From the NCBI GenBank assembly GCA_964276145.1, contig CAXYDN010000007.1, positions 74,411-138,410 of the forward strand: a stretch of 64,000 nt of DNA, read 5' to 3'. Made by a program: the position numbers and the translations under genes. This stretch comes from an uncultured SAR86 cluster bacterium (GTDB taxonomy: Bacteria; Pseudomonadota; Gammaproteobacteria; Magnimaribacterales; D2472). The first letter of the stretch is position 1. The number at the start of each line of letters is the position of its first letter. Below, piece by piece: positions 1 to 8,186 of the stretch. Below the pieces are notes generated by a model that saw only the letters and a program-made list of their open reading frames with translations, had not been told where the DNA came from and did not search any database.

Positions 1-587
1 TTTTGGTTGATGACATAAATATTAATAACATAATGCTATATCAGACAGATCAGTCATTTTATCAACCAAATCACTTCCATATGCCAGAAATGGTTAAGAA
101 AACATTATCCTTTATTAATGAACCAGAGGATCTATTAGAGTTGTATTGCGGCTCAGGTACATTCACCCTTCCCTTGTCATATAAATTTAATAGAGTATTT
201 GCAACTGAAAATAATAGACAGTCTATAAAATGTCTTAAAAAATCAATTGATAAGCTTTCTATAAATAATATTAATTTTGCTAGGCTTTCAGCGGAAGAAG
301 TCTCAGAAGCATTTAATGGAAGAGTATTTAGAAGAATGAATAAAAATAATATTAATACTTATAAATTTTCACATGTTCTAGTGGATCCCCCAAGGTCTGG
401 TTTAAATGATGAAGTAATAGAAATTATTAAAAAATTTAAAAATATTATTTACGTTTCATGTAACTATGAAACATATATAAGAGATATTAAAAAGCTAAAT
501 AAATTTTATTTAAAACATATAGAAATATATGACCAATTTCCAAATACAAAACACCTTGAAATAGTTTCATTACTATCAAAACTATAA
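1..587 (+). CDS. trmA: tRNA (uracil54-C5)-methyltransferase TrmA, C-terminal part (5' end lies outside the window; reading frame starts at nt 3)
   Basis: The translation carries the SAM-methyltransferase motifs ELYCGSGTF and VDPPRSGL. Its C-terminus YVSCN..DQFPNTKHLE aligns with the E. coli TrmA C-terminus (ISCNPETL..DQFPYTHHME). Confidence 0.85.
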   Translation, partial: LVDDININNIMLYQTDQSFYQPNHFHMPEMVKKTLSFINEPEDLLELYCGSGTFTLPLSYKFNRVFATENNRQSIKCLKKSIDKLSINNINFARLSAEEVSEAFNGRVFRRMNKNNINTYKFSHVLVDPPRSGLNDEVIEIIKKFKNIIYVSCNYETYIRDIKKLNKFYLKHIEIYDQFPNTKHLEIVSLLSKL

Positions 588-678
588 ATATATGTAAATT
601 TTATATATTAATCTTTGATAACTTAAATTAAATGTATGTATTAATAGTTTTTTAACTAGTTTTCTTAGGAGAGGAATT

Positions 679-1107
679 ATGGATATTATAACAAGTGTTA
701 CTACAGAAATAGCCTTATGGGAATTATTTCAATCTACTAGAGGAGCCAATACTACGGCATTTCTGTCTGGAATCATAGCAATATGGGTTGCAGCAAGATT
801 TTCCAGTGTATCAGTAGATAAAGGTGTGAATACATTGGCAAAAATAATCGTGTCTGTTTTTGCATTAGGCGTTTTTGCTATGTGGTTAAATTTAGGTGGT
901 GTTATAGGTAATACATTTGCTGGACATGCTGAAGCTTTAAGCGCTTTAGATGCTGCTAATGGTGATATTGATATAGGACCAGGTTCACAAGCATTTATAC
1001 AAAGTGTTAATGAGGGAAATCCTGTTGGAATGTTTGGATTCTGGGCTGTCTCTTTAGGTGGTCTTTTGATAGCAATATTACCTTTATGGGTTAATAGCTC
1101 TAAATAA
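679..1107 (+). CDS. hypothetical small membrane protein (about 3-4 hydrophobic segments)
   Basis: 142-aa ORF preceded by the SD-like AGGAGAGG at 667-674 and followed by a terminator hairpin. I recognise no family. Confidence 0.5.
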   Translation: MDIITSVTTEIALWELFQSTRGANTTAFLSGIIAIWVAARFSSVSVDKGVNTLAKIIVSVFALGVFAMWLNLGGVIGNTFAGHAEALSALDAANGDIDIGPGSQAFIQSVNEGNPVGMFGFWAVSLGGLLIAILPLWVNSSK

Positions 1108-1122
1108 TCTAGACATTAAATA

Positions 1123-1149
1123 AAGGGCACTTTTTAAGTGCCTTTTTTT
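1123..1149 (+). terminator. rho-independent terminator after the 679-1107 ORF
   Basis: Stem AAGGGCAC / GTGCCTTT (one G-U pair) with loop TTTTTAA, followed by a T-run (1143-1149). Confidence 0.6.
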
Positions 1150-1159
1150 GCTTTACTTT

Positions 1160-1177
1160 GTATTAGCATAGTAATAC
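1160..1177. promoter_or_regulatory. inverted repeat GTATTA-N6-TAATAC, candidate operator/promoter element upstream of the yerC-like/his operon
   Basis: Perfect 6-bp arms sit 11 nt upstream of the ATG at 1188, inside the only space available for the operon promoter. The role as an operator is inferred. Confidence 0.35.
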
Positions 1178-1187
1178 ACTAGCACGC

Positions 1188-1451
1188 ATGAAAAAACTAA
1201 ATGAAGTAATCTTATTATTAAAAGATAAAAAAGAAGTTGAGGAGTTCTTTAATGATCTTTGTACGCCGACTGAATTAAAGGCCTTGAATGAGAGATGGGC
1301 CGTTGCACAACTTCTTTATCAAGATACATTATCTTATAGAGAAATTGCAGCGCAACTGAAAACAAGCACGACTACAGTAACTAGGGTTGCCCGTTTTTTG
1401 TCTAGTGAGCCATATCAAGGTTATAAAAAAATACTTCAAAGGATTACATAA
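1188..1451 (+). CDS. TrpR-like DNA-binding protein, YerC/YecD family
   Basis: 87 aa. The pattern TPTELKALNERWAVAQLL....SYREIA...KTSTTTVTRVARFL is the Trp-repressor-fold HTH of the YerC/YecD family. Its stop overlaps the hisG ATG (TAATG). Confidence 0.7.
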   Translation: MKKLNEVILLLKDKKEVEEFFNDLCTPTELKALNERWAVAQLLYQDTLSYREIAAQLKTSTTTVTRVARFLSSEPYQGYKKILQRIT

Positions 1452-2314
1452 TGAAAAATCGATTAACTATTGCCATTCAAAAGAAAGGCAGACTTTTTGA
1501 TCAAAGCGCTGACTTAATTAGAAAATCTGGCATTAACTTTTCAACCAAGGGTGATAATCTTTTAGCAAAATCTAATAATCTACCAATAGATATTTTATTT
1601 GTAAGAAGTGATGATATTCCCTCCTTAGTTTCAAATGGCGATGCTGATTTAGCAATTGTTGGAGAAAACGTACTTATTGAAAAATCCTTGTTTAAAAGAA
1701 CTTTTATCGAAAAAATTATTAATCTAGGTTTTTCTAAATGCAGGCTTTCTTTTGCTGCCCCTAAAAATAATAAAATTAATACTTTTAACAATATGAAAAT
1801 TGCTACCTCTTACCCAAATACTGTTAAAAAGTATTTAAAAGATAATAGAATAACTGCATCTGTTATAAACATACATGGCTCAGTAGAGCTTACTCCTTAC
1901 ATAGGTATGTCTGATATGATTTGTGATTTGGTTTCATCTGGTGCAACTTTAGAAGCAAATAATTTAAAAGAAATAGAAGTTATCTTAGAGTCTCAAGCAG
2001 TATTAATTAAGAATAAAAACTTAAGCAAAGATAAGGAAAAAATAGCAGATAAAGTAATAAACAGAATGCAAGGCGTCGTTAATGCAATTGAAAGTAAGTA
2101 TGTTATGTTAAATGCTGATGCGTCAAAGGTTAAAGAAATATGCAAACTTCTACCTGGATCTGAATCACCAACAATAATTCCTCTTGAAGACAGTAAAAAA
2201 GTAGCAATTCATGCTTTATGTCAAGAACCAATTTTTTGGGAAACAATGGAAAAACTCAAAATAAAAGGAGCTTCCTCTATATTGGTAATGCCTGTAGAAA
2301 AAATACTTAATTAA
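1451..2314 (+). CDS. hisG: ATP phosphoribosyltransferase, long form
   Basis: 287 aa. It has an N-terminal RLTIAIQKKGRL, the DLVSSGATL PRPP-binding loop and a C-terminal regulatory domain. It is the first enzyme gene of the his operon. Confidence 0.9.
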   Translation: MKNRLTIAIQKKGRLFDQSADLIRKSGINFSTKGDNLLAKSNNLPIDILFVRSDDIPSLVSNGDADLAIVGENVLIEKSLFKRTFIEKIINLGFSKCRLSFAAPKNNKINTFNNMKIATSYPNTVKKYLKDNRITASVINIHGSVELTPYIGMSDMICDLVSSGATLEANNLKEIEVILESQAVLIKNKNLSKDKEKIADKVINRMQGVVNAIESKYVMLNADASKVKEICKLLPGSESPTIIPLEDSKKVAIHALCQEPIFWETMEKLKIKGASSILVMPVEKILN

Positions 2315-2315
2315 A

Positions 2316-4190
2316 ATGAAAAATCTAACTCTTAAAAAAAATATTCCTACTCTAGATTTTAAAGAATCTAAGCTCTCTAGAAAGGATATTAATACTATTA
2401 ATAAATTTAAATCATTAGTTATAAATGATGGAGATAATGGTCTAAGAGAAATCTCAAAAATATTAAAGGAGAAATCTCTAAATAGTTTTAAAGTTACAAA
2501 ATCTGAATTTAAAAAAGCTGATAAATTGCTAAATGATGATATAAAAAATGCAATATTAATTGCTTATGCAAATATTAAAAAATATCATGAAAAACAACTT
2601 GAAGGACTATCAATTAAAGATATCGAGACAACAAAAGGTGTTAAATTGTGGTCTGAATTTAAACCTATTGATGTTATAGGTCTGTATATACCAGGAGGAA
2701 CTGCTCCTCTATTTAGTTCTTTTTTAATGCAAGCTATCCCAGCTATTATTGCTGGATGTAATAACATTGTTGTATGTACCCCTCCCAATAAGAATGGAAA
2801 TATAGATCCAGCGATATTATGGGTAGCAAATTTATTAAATATTAAAAATATCTTTAAGGTTGGTGGCTCTCAAGCAGTCTTTGCAATGGCTTATGGAACA
2901 AAATCAATACCAAAGTGTTTAAAAATATTTGGACCTGGAAACCAATATGTAACTGAGGCAAAGATGCTTGTCAGTAAAGATATTTCTATTGACATGCCTG
3001 CTGGACCAAGCGAAGTTTATGTTGTCTCAAATGACGAAAATAAACTAGACATCATTGCTTCTGATTTATTGTCTCAGCTTGAACATAGCAAAGATGCAAA
3101 AGCAGTTCTTATCTCTCAAAATAAATCTTTGATTAAGAATATTTCAAATGAAATAAATATACAAAATAACGCATTAAATAGACAAGAAATTTTAAAATCT
3201 AGCATTAATAATATTTATCTAGTTAATGCATCTAGTGACCAACAGATCATTGATTTTATAAATATTAATGCGCCAGAGCACCTAATTCTTTTAGATAATG
3301 ATTTCTCAAAGATTGCACCATATATAAACAACGCAGGTTCAGTTTTTTGTGGCAATTATTCACCTGAATCTTTTGGTGATTATGCATCAGGATCAAATCA
3401 CACACTGCCAACGTCGGGAGCTGCAAAAACATACTCAGGATTGTCGGTAAAAGACTTTGGGAAAATAATTACCTTTCAAACTGCCACAGCTGAAGGTTTT
3501 ATGAATTTGGGTCCTGTAGTCAAAATCTTAGCTGAAGCTGAGAACCTGGATGCCCATGCTAAAGCAGTAGATATTAGAGAAAGCTATGCCCTACAAGATA
3601 CATATCAAAAACCAAGAACATCATTCATTAAAAGAACTACGAATGAGACAAGTATATTTATAAACTTAAATATTGATGGGACTGGAAATTATAATGTTGA
3701 TACTGGTTTAAAATATTTTGATCATATGCTTGAACAATTTGCCAAGCATGGAAATTTTGATATTACTATAAATTCTATTGGAGACCTCGAAATAGATGAG
3801 CATCACACAATTGAAGATGTCGCAATTGCTCTTGGTGATGCTTTTAAACAAGCTCTTGGAGAAAGGAAAAATATAGAGAGGTATTCTTCAAATGAATCAT
3901 TGGTTATGGACGAGACTATATCTAATGTAAGTATTGATATGTCATCAAGAAATCTTCTTAAAATGAAAACTTCCAAGTTAAGAGAATATGTAGGAGATTT
4001 CCCAACAGAAATGCTTGAACATTTTTTTATATCATTCGTAAACACTCTGAGTTTTACCTGTCACATTGATACAAGAGGTACAAATAGTCACCACATTGTT
4101 GAAGCAACCTTTAAAAGCTTTACAAGAGCTTTAAGTGGAGCCCTTATTCATAATAATAAAAATATTGCATCCACGAAAGGCATGTTATGA
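2316..4190 (+). CDS. hisD/hisB: fusion protein: histidinol dehydrogenase (aa 1-421) + imidazoleglycerol-phosphate dehydratase (aa 434-624)
   Basis: The N-terminal part has the HisD motifs (GGTAPL, GPGNQYV, AGPSEV, SQLEH, YASG.NHTLPT). After the linker ESYALQDTYQKP (3579-3614) comes an IGPD domain (RTTNETSIFINLNIDGTG, DEHHTIEDVAIALG, SHHIVEA.FK). It is one uninterrupted reading frame. Confidence 0.85.
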   Translation: MKNLTLKKNIPTLDFKESKLSRKDINTINKFKSLVINDGDNGLREISKILKEKSLNSFKVTKSEFKKADKLLNDDIKNAILIAYANIKKYHEKQLEGLSIKDIETTKGVKLWSEFKPIDVIGLYIPGGTAPLFSSFLMQAIPAIIAGCNNIVVCTPPNKNGNIDPAILWVANLLNIKNIFKVGGSQAVFAMAYGTKSIPKCLKIFGPGNQYVTEAKMLVSKDISIDMPAGPSEVYVVSNDENKLDIIASDLLSQLEHSKDAKAVLISQNKSLIKNISNEINIQNNALNRQEILKSSINNIYLVNASSDQQIIDFININAPEHLILLDNDFSKIAPYINNAGSVFCGNYSPESFGDYASGSNHTLPTSGAAKTYSGLSVKDFGKIITFQTATAEGFMNLGPVVKILAEAENLDAHAKAVDIRESYALQDTYQKPRTSFIKRTTNETSIFINLNIDGTGNYNVDTGLKYFDHMLEQFAKHGNFDITINSIGDLEIDEHHTIEDVAIALGDAFKQALGERKNIERYSSNESLVMDETISNVSIDMSSRNLLKMKTSKLREYVGDFPTEMLEHFFISFVNTLSFTCHIDTRGTNSHHIVEATFKSFTRALSGALIHNNKNIASTKGML

Positions 4191-4759
4191 ATATTGGCAT
4201 TATTGACTGCGGAGGTGCTAACTTGAATTCAATTTATTATTCTTTTAAAAGAATTAATATTAATGCATTTATATCAAGTTCACCATCAGAGCTAGATGGC
4301 ATGGATGCATACATATTACCTGGAGTTGGTTCTGCTGGAATAGTTATGAATAAATTAAAAGAAAATAATTTAATTAATTTGATTAAGGAAACCAAAAAAC
4401 CAACACTAGGCATATGTATAGGTATGCAAATACTATTTGATTACTCTGAAGAGGATAATACCCAATGTCTTGGGCTGATTAACGGAAGTGTTAAAAAATT
4501 TCAACCTAATAATGACATTAAAGTCCCTCAAATGGGTTGGAATCATGTTAGTTCAGATATTGATAGTCTCAATGGATATTACTATTTTGCTAATAGCTAT
4601 TTTACCAATAACAATGATTACGCAATTGGTCATAGTTACTATGGTCAAAAATTTAATTCAATCGTCAAGAAAGATAACTTTCTTGGATGCCAGTTTCATC
4701 CCGAAAAGTCATCAGATATTGGTGAAAAATTTATAAAGAATTTTATCAATACAATATGA
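4187..4759 (+). CDS. hisH: imidazole glycerol phosphate synthase, glutamine amidotransferase subunit
   Basis: Has the class-I GATase motifs LPGVGS, GICIGMQ (catalytic Cys) and CQFHPEKS. Its ATG overlaps the upstream stop (ATGA). Confidence 0.9.
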   Translation: MNIGIIDCGGANLNSIYYSFKRININAFISSSPSELDGMDAYILPGVGSAGIVMNKLKENNLINLIKETKKPTLGICIGMQILFDYSEEDNTQCLGLINGSVKKFQPNNDIKVPQMGWNHVSSDIDSLNGYYYFANSYFTNNNDYAIGHSYYGQKFNSIVKKDNFLGCQFHPEKSSDIGEKFIKNFINTI

Positions 4760-5475
4760 AAATAATGCCAGCTATCGATCTACTGGATGGTAAATGCGTT
4801 AGGTTACTAAAGGGAGATTATTCAAAGGTCTCTACTTACAATGATAATCCTATTGAACAAGTTGAAGAATTTGAAAAAGCAGGCTTTACCTATATTCATT
4901 TAATAGATCTTAATGCTGCTAAATCTGGTGGTAATGAAAATATAGAGATCATTAAAGAAATCGCAAGTATAAAAAATATAAAGGTTCAGGTTGGTGGCGG
5001 AATTCGAGATATAAATAAAATTAAGAGATTATTTTCCTACAACGTTGATAGAGTAATTGTTGGTACAGCTGCTATTACTAATAATATTTTTAAGTTGCAA
5101 CTTAAAAATAATTTTCCAATAGAAAAAGTAATATATGGATTAGATTTTAAGATTATTGATGGGGCCCCTCTCCTATCAGTTAACGGTTGGACAGAAAATA
5201 CAAATATAAATTTATTTGATTATATTAAAGAAAATTATTGGATAAAAAATATTTTAGCAACTGATATTTCTCTGGATGGAACTCTTAATGGACCAAACAT
5301 TGATATATATAAACAAATTTTAACTAATAAAAATTTGAACTTAATTGCCTCGGGGGGTATAGGCTCTATTAATGATATAAGCAAACTTCAATTAATTAAA
5401 AGTCAAGAATGTGTTGTAGGTAAAGCAATATATGAAGGTAAAATTTCTTTATTGGAGCTTGGAAATGCTAACTAA
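4756..5475 (+). CDS. hisA: ProFAR isomerase
   Basis: Motifs [22 protein letters not shown] and ASGGI; position in the his operon. Confidence 0.9.
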   Translation: MKIMPAIDLLDGKCVRLLKGDYSKVSTYNDNPIEQVEEFEKAGFTYIHLIDLNAAKSGGNENIEIIKEIASIKNIKVQVGGGIRDINKIKRLFSYNVDRVIVGTAAITNNIFKLQLKNNFPIEKVIYGLDFKIIDGAPLLSVNGWTENTNINLFDYIKENYWIKNILATDISLDGTLNGPNIDIYKQILTNKNLNLIASGGIGSINDISKLQLIKSQECVVGKAIYEGKISLLELGNAN

Positions 5476-6232
5476 GAGAATAATTCCATGTCTGGATGTA
5501 AAAAATGGCTCAGTGGTTAAAGGTGTAAGATTTAAAAATCATGAGGTTGTGGGATCTATATTAGATCTAGCTAAAAAGTATAACGATGAAGGGGCTGATG
5601 AATTGGTTTTTTACGATATTGGTGCTAGTACATATGATGGAACTGTATCGAAGGAATGGGTTAAGTTAATTGCTGAAGTTATCAATATTCCTTTTTGTGT
5701 TGCTGGTGGAATTAAAAGTATAGATGATGCAAAGGAAATTCTAAATTCAGGCGCTGACAAAATATCAATAAATAGTCCTGCCATTCAAAGGCCTAATCTT
5801 ATAAGAGAGCTTGCTGATGAATTTGGAAGTCAATGTGTAGTTGTTGGTATTGATTCAAAAACTGTAAAAGACAAATTTATAGTCTTTTCAAACACCGGTG
5901 ACGAGAATACGATCATTAATACAGAATTAGAAACAAAGGAGTGGATAGATACAATTCAAGAATTAGGGGCTGGTGAAATTGTACTGAATTGCATGAATCA
6001 AGATGGCGTAAGGAACGGATATGACATTAATCAATTAAATTTAATGTTGAGTGATTGTGATGTTCCATTAATTGCATCTGGAGGAGCGGGAAATCTATCA
6101 CACTTTAAAGAAGTCTTGAGCGAAACAAATTCAAGTGGAGCATTGGCTGCGAGTGTATTTCATAAAAATCTAATAAATATAAATAACTTAAAAGAATATT
6201 TAAAAAATAAATCAATTAATATCAGGTGTTAA
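5465..6232 (+). CDS. hisF: imidazole glycerol phosphate synthase, cyclase subunit
   Basis: Motifs [28 protein letters not shown] place the start at the ATG at 5465, where the conserved N-terminus begins, rather than at the ORF-track start 5432. Confidence 0.9.
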   Translation: MLTKRIIPCLDVKNGSVVKGVRFKNHEVVGSILDLAKKYNDEGADELVFYDIGASTYDGTVSKEWVKLIAEVINIPFCVAGGIKSIDDAKEILNSGADKISINSPAIQRPNLIRELADEFGSQCVVVGIDSKTVKDKFIVFSNTGDENTIINTELETKEWIDTIQELGAGEIVLNCMNQDGVRNGYDINQLNLMLSDCDVPLIASGGAGNLSHFKEVLSETNSSGALAASVFHKNLININNLKEYLKNKSINIRC

Positions 6233-6234
6233 AT

Positions 6235-6837
6235 ATGGATATAAATAATATTAAATGGAATGATAATGCCCTTATACCAGCAGTTATTCAAGATGCATCA
6301 TCTTTAAATGTATTAATGCTTGGATATATGAGCAATGAATCTCTTGAAAAAACAATTGAGACTAATGAGGTTACTTTTTTTAGTAGATCAAAACAAAGAC
6401 TTTGGACCAAAGGTGAAACTTCAGGAAATAAACTAATAGTTAAATCAATAGAATTAGACTGCGATAGAGATACACTCTTGATAAAGGCAGAACCATTGGG
6501 ACCGACATGTCATAAAGGTAATTATTCATGTTTCGCATCTGAATCTAAAAACCCTCTATCAATGATTTATATTCTTGAGAACCTGATAGATAAGAGAAAA
6601 AAAGAAAATAATAAAAATTCTTATATTAATTCCTTGTTAGAAAAAGGCGTTAAAGAGATCTCAAAAAAAGTTACAGAAGAAGCAGGTGAAACAGCGATTG
6701 CTGCAGTTACTAATGATGGTAGATTAATTGATGAATCAGCCGATTTATTATTTCATTTGATTGTTTTACTTAAATCTCAAGAGCTTTCTTTTGATAATGT
6801 TTTAAAAGAACTGGAGACAAGAAATACTAATCAATAG
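6235..6837 (+). CDS. hisI: bifunctional phosphoribosyl-AMP cyclohydrolase / phosphoribosyl-ATP pyrophosphatase
   Basis: The HisI part has [22 protein letters not shown] and DCD.D.L. The HisE part has [14 protein letters not shown] and ADLLFHL. The ATG at 6235 is preferred over the GTG at 6226. Confidence 0.9.
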   Translation: MDINNIKWNDNALIPAVIQDASSLNVLMLGYMSNESLEKTIETNEVTFFSRSKQRLWTKGETSGNKLIVKSIELDCDRDTLLIKAEPLGPTCHKGNYSCFASESKNPLSMIYILENLIDKRKKENNKNSYINSLLEKGVKEISKKVTEEAGETAIAAVTNDGRLIDESADLLFHLIVLLKSQELSFDNVLKELETRNTNQ

Positions 6838-8158
6838 ATTTAATCTCTATAAAATCTATAAGCATTCGGCCTTTATCTTTATCATCTAGGTTGCTGCATT
6901 CTGCATTATGACAGTATCTAGATCTATCTGGCGTTCCACCAGCATTGCCCCCAGATGCTACATTTATTATTAGATAAAAATTCTCATTAAATGGCCAAGA
7001 ATTATTATTAAATGCTGTTTCATTATTCTTGTCTATTGACAAATATGGCTCTGTTTGAGTATCTAAATAATATTCTATTTTATCTGTTTGCCATCTCATG
7101 GTTACAGAATGAAATTTATCATAAAAGTTTACATCTGCAGGAACTGATTCAATTTTGTATAGATTATTAGCATTTCCTGAGGAACCAAAATGAATAGTAG
7201 ATTGTGTCTCAAATGCTTGATGATTTTGCATATGCTCGACAAGATCATTTTCACCATCATTTGGCCATGTTTTTTGACCTTCTACAAATCCTTGTGGCAG
7301 CAACCAAATAGCAGGCCAATGACCAGATCCATCAGGATGTTTAAAGCACACGGTCACTTCAGAACCTGGAGATATAATCTTTTTGCTAGATGTCATTATT
7401 CTTGCAGAAGTAAAATCCCATGTATAAGAACAACTTCCATCTGAACAATATGGATCTTCAAATGGTTCAGCATTATTAAATATAGGTTGAATTTTAAGAT
7501 AACCCTCTTCAATAAATGCATTTTCAGTAGTATTTTTATTTACATCGCAATTCTTTGAATAGCCTTCTCTACAGCTTGTATAGTATTGTGCTTCATTATT
7601 GCCCCAACCTTGAACAAAATCAGAATCTCCATTAGGACATCCAGGGTTGGCACAAAAACCATTTGACTCTTGGTAAGTAAAAACTTCATCGCTTAACGTA
7701 TCGGACATGAAATCCTCTAAAAAATATGAAGAGGAGTCATTTAGAGGAGAAGAACAATATGAGTCTTTATTTTCACTATAAATATTTGATGAAGAATTAT
7801 TAGATTCAGAAACATTAACAGTAACAGCCTTGGAAACTGTATTTTGAGGGTTCTCACCGATGCAAGTTAGAATAAAAGAGTAAGTTTTTATCTCTGATAG
7901 GGTTCGAGATTCTGATCCTGATTGAATTTTATTCCCATCCCAATCTCCACTTCCACTACAGGAAATTGTGTTAGTAGTGCTCCATGATAAGGTAATGGAA
8001 TCGCCTTCTGAAATTGAAGATGCTGAAGAGGTAAAAGTATCAATTACAGGATTAATAGATATTATTGGATCTTGAGAGGACGAGCCTCCACCGCCACCAC
8101 CGCCGCAAGACGTAATTATAATTAATAAGGTAAGGACATAAAAAAATTTATTTTTCAT
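6827..8158 (-). CDS. secreted lipoprotein with Ig-like N-terminal domain and GH16 (laminarinase-type) beta-glucanase domain
   Basis: Lipobox LIIITS-C followed by a Gly7-Ser linker. GH16 signatures are [19 protein letters not shown] and the catalytic ExDxxE as E-N-D-L-V-E (7235-7252). Confidence 0.7.
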   Translation of the reverse strand: MKNKFFYVLTLLIIITSCGGGGGGGSSSQDPIISINPVIDTFTSSASSISEGDSITLSWSTTNTISCSGSGDWDGNKIQSGSESRTLSEIKTYSFILTCIGENPQNTVSKAVTVNVSESNNSSSNIYSENKDSYCSSPLNDSSSYFLEDFMSDTLSDEVFTYQESNGFCANPGCPNGDSDFVQGWGNNEAQYYTSCREGYSKNCDVNKNTTENAFIEEGYLKIQPIFNNAEPFEDPYCSDGSCSYTWDFTSARIMTSSKKIISPGSEVTVCFKHPDGSGHWPAIWLLPQGFVEGQKTWPNDGENDLVEHMQNHQAFETQSTIHFGSSGNANNLYKIESVPADVNFYDKFHSVTMRWQTDKIEYYLDTQTEPYLSIDKNNETAFNNNSWPFNENFYLIINVASGGNAGGTPDRSRYCHNAECSNLDDKDKGRMLIDFIEIKSID

Positions 8159-8186
8159 TACATATAAATTTAAGAATTCAGATATA

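Noticed and set aside
1108-1187. Histidine leader peptide / attenuator upstream of the his operon
   Set aside because: There is no small ORF with consecutive His codons and no alternative terminator/antiterminator pair. The only hairpin here is the terminator of the preceding gene.
1501-1791. Antisense or alternate-frame ORFs nested in well-supported genes. Examples: 1501-1791, 2585-2788, 3803-4045, 4488-4736, 7190-7444, 9265-9447, 10346-10669, 14462-14671, 14836-15051, 16103-16570, 17130-17444, 18249-18669, 31585-31794, 32852-33094, 40170-41126, 43513-43731, 46263-47109, 53137-53322, 56551-56799, 57838-58134, 60964-62387
   Set aside because: Each lies wholly inside a gene with strong family motifs on the other strand or frame. 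The translations are low-complexity or hydrophobic, and none has start-site support or a recognisable domain.
8085-8108. Short GC-rich patch (CCTCCACCGCCACCACCGCCGCA) in otherwise AT-rich DNA; considered as a foreign insert or regulatory G-tract
   Set aside because: It simply encodes the Gly7 linker after the lipobox cysteine of the GH16 lipoprotein.
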